A stretch of 64,000 bases of DNA. Source: Marsupella aquatica (Eukaryota > Plantae > Marchantiophyta). The notes under the pieces were generated by a model. It was not told where the DNA came from, ran no database searches, and worked only from the letters and a program-made list of their open reading frames with translations. Shown here one piece after another: positions 63,306 through 64,000 of the stretch; positions within the stretch are counted from its first letter, which is position 1; the number at the start of each line of letters is the position of its first letter. Both the position numbers and the translations under genes were made by a program. Location of the stretch: NCBI GenBank assembly GCA_973895155.1, contig OZ316892.1:17040357-17104356 (forward strand), in the 5' to 3' direction.

Positions 63306-64000
63306 GATATCTATTCTTCTTTCCAGCACATTTCTTCTCCTTCTTTGTGTGCCTGATCGTTCTCCACATTTTCGCTGCTGTTGTGTATGTTTGATAGGCT
63401 AAACGTCTCGCGCACATGAGCAGACACATCAACCAAAAACATCAACCAAAAACGTTGAGGAGAAGTCATTCCTCGTCAAATCGGCTGACAATTATGCATC
63501 TCTCGGAGCCTGCTGAGGAGAATGCTAAGAGTATGTTTTGCGGATGTTGAGGGTGATAAGGAGTACAGGAAGAAGCTAGCTCAGCAAAGTGATGATTATG
63601 ATTCTCATCTTGGGATTGTACGGGAAACTCGGCCTCCCTCTTTGGCGGAGTCAGCTGCCGCTGCCAAAGGGGGTCAGTGAGTGAAACCTCTTCGCTTCCC
63701 TTATCCAATTTGAATTGTTTGTTGCATTGCTGTGCAGTCGGGAGAAAAAATTGTGCTTTTGACAAAAAGCTTGTTCCTGAGGCGAGAAGAGGGCATTTCA
63801 GAGAATTGGCTTTCTGCTAATGGACAGGTATCGCAAGCAGGAGAGGTTAGGTTTTTTATCCGACTCGCTCCTGCTGTAATATCTGGATAAGAATCTTCTA
63901 TAATGGGCATGGCAACCTTGAGCATCATCATCAGCATCCCGTAATGAGCATATGAAAGATTTGTGACTCCGGTGCAGAATCATGCAGTTTCATCTCACAA

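Noticed and set aside
63466-63983. Possible 3' end of a minus-strand gene at the window edge
   Set aside because: Frames are discontinuous and no domain is recognisable.

Overview
Eukaryotic land-plant genomic DNA; gene and transposon content suggest a non-seed plant such as a bryophyte or lycophyte (inference). Host genes: a multi-exon SAPS/PP6R phosphatase-regulatory gene (minus strand, 3' end runs off the window) and a multi-exon gene for an uncharacterised, probably plastid-targeted protein. Most of the rest is mobile DNA. There are two same-orientation, TTAA-flanked copies of a Kolobok-like DNA transposon (DDE transposase plus convergent KolX-like ORF), a degenerate Ty1/copia element, a solo LTR of the same family, a CRE-like non-LTR retrotransposon, and P450 and gamma-carbonic-anhydrase gene fragments. 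The standout is an 11.8-kb TIR element (31550-43336, 4-bp TSD AGCA, Sola-like transposase) nested in Kolobok copy 2. It carries an intact three-exon gene for a ~1050-aa protein fusing a ParB/Srx-like domain to a prokaryote-type beta-class N4-cytosine/N6-adenine DNA methyltransferase, plus F-box-like and Cys-rich small ORFs. Its non-coding DNA holds about 25 copies (counted by eye) of the 14-bp palindrome CGATAAATTTATCG or variants, which I did not see elsewhere in the window. This is a candidate transposon-encoded ParB/parS-like self-marking or anti-silencing system. All family calls are from motif recognition, not database searches.
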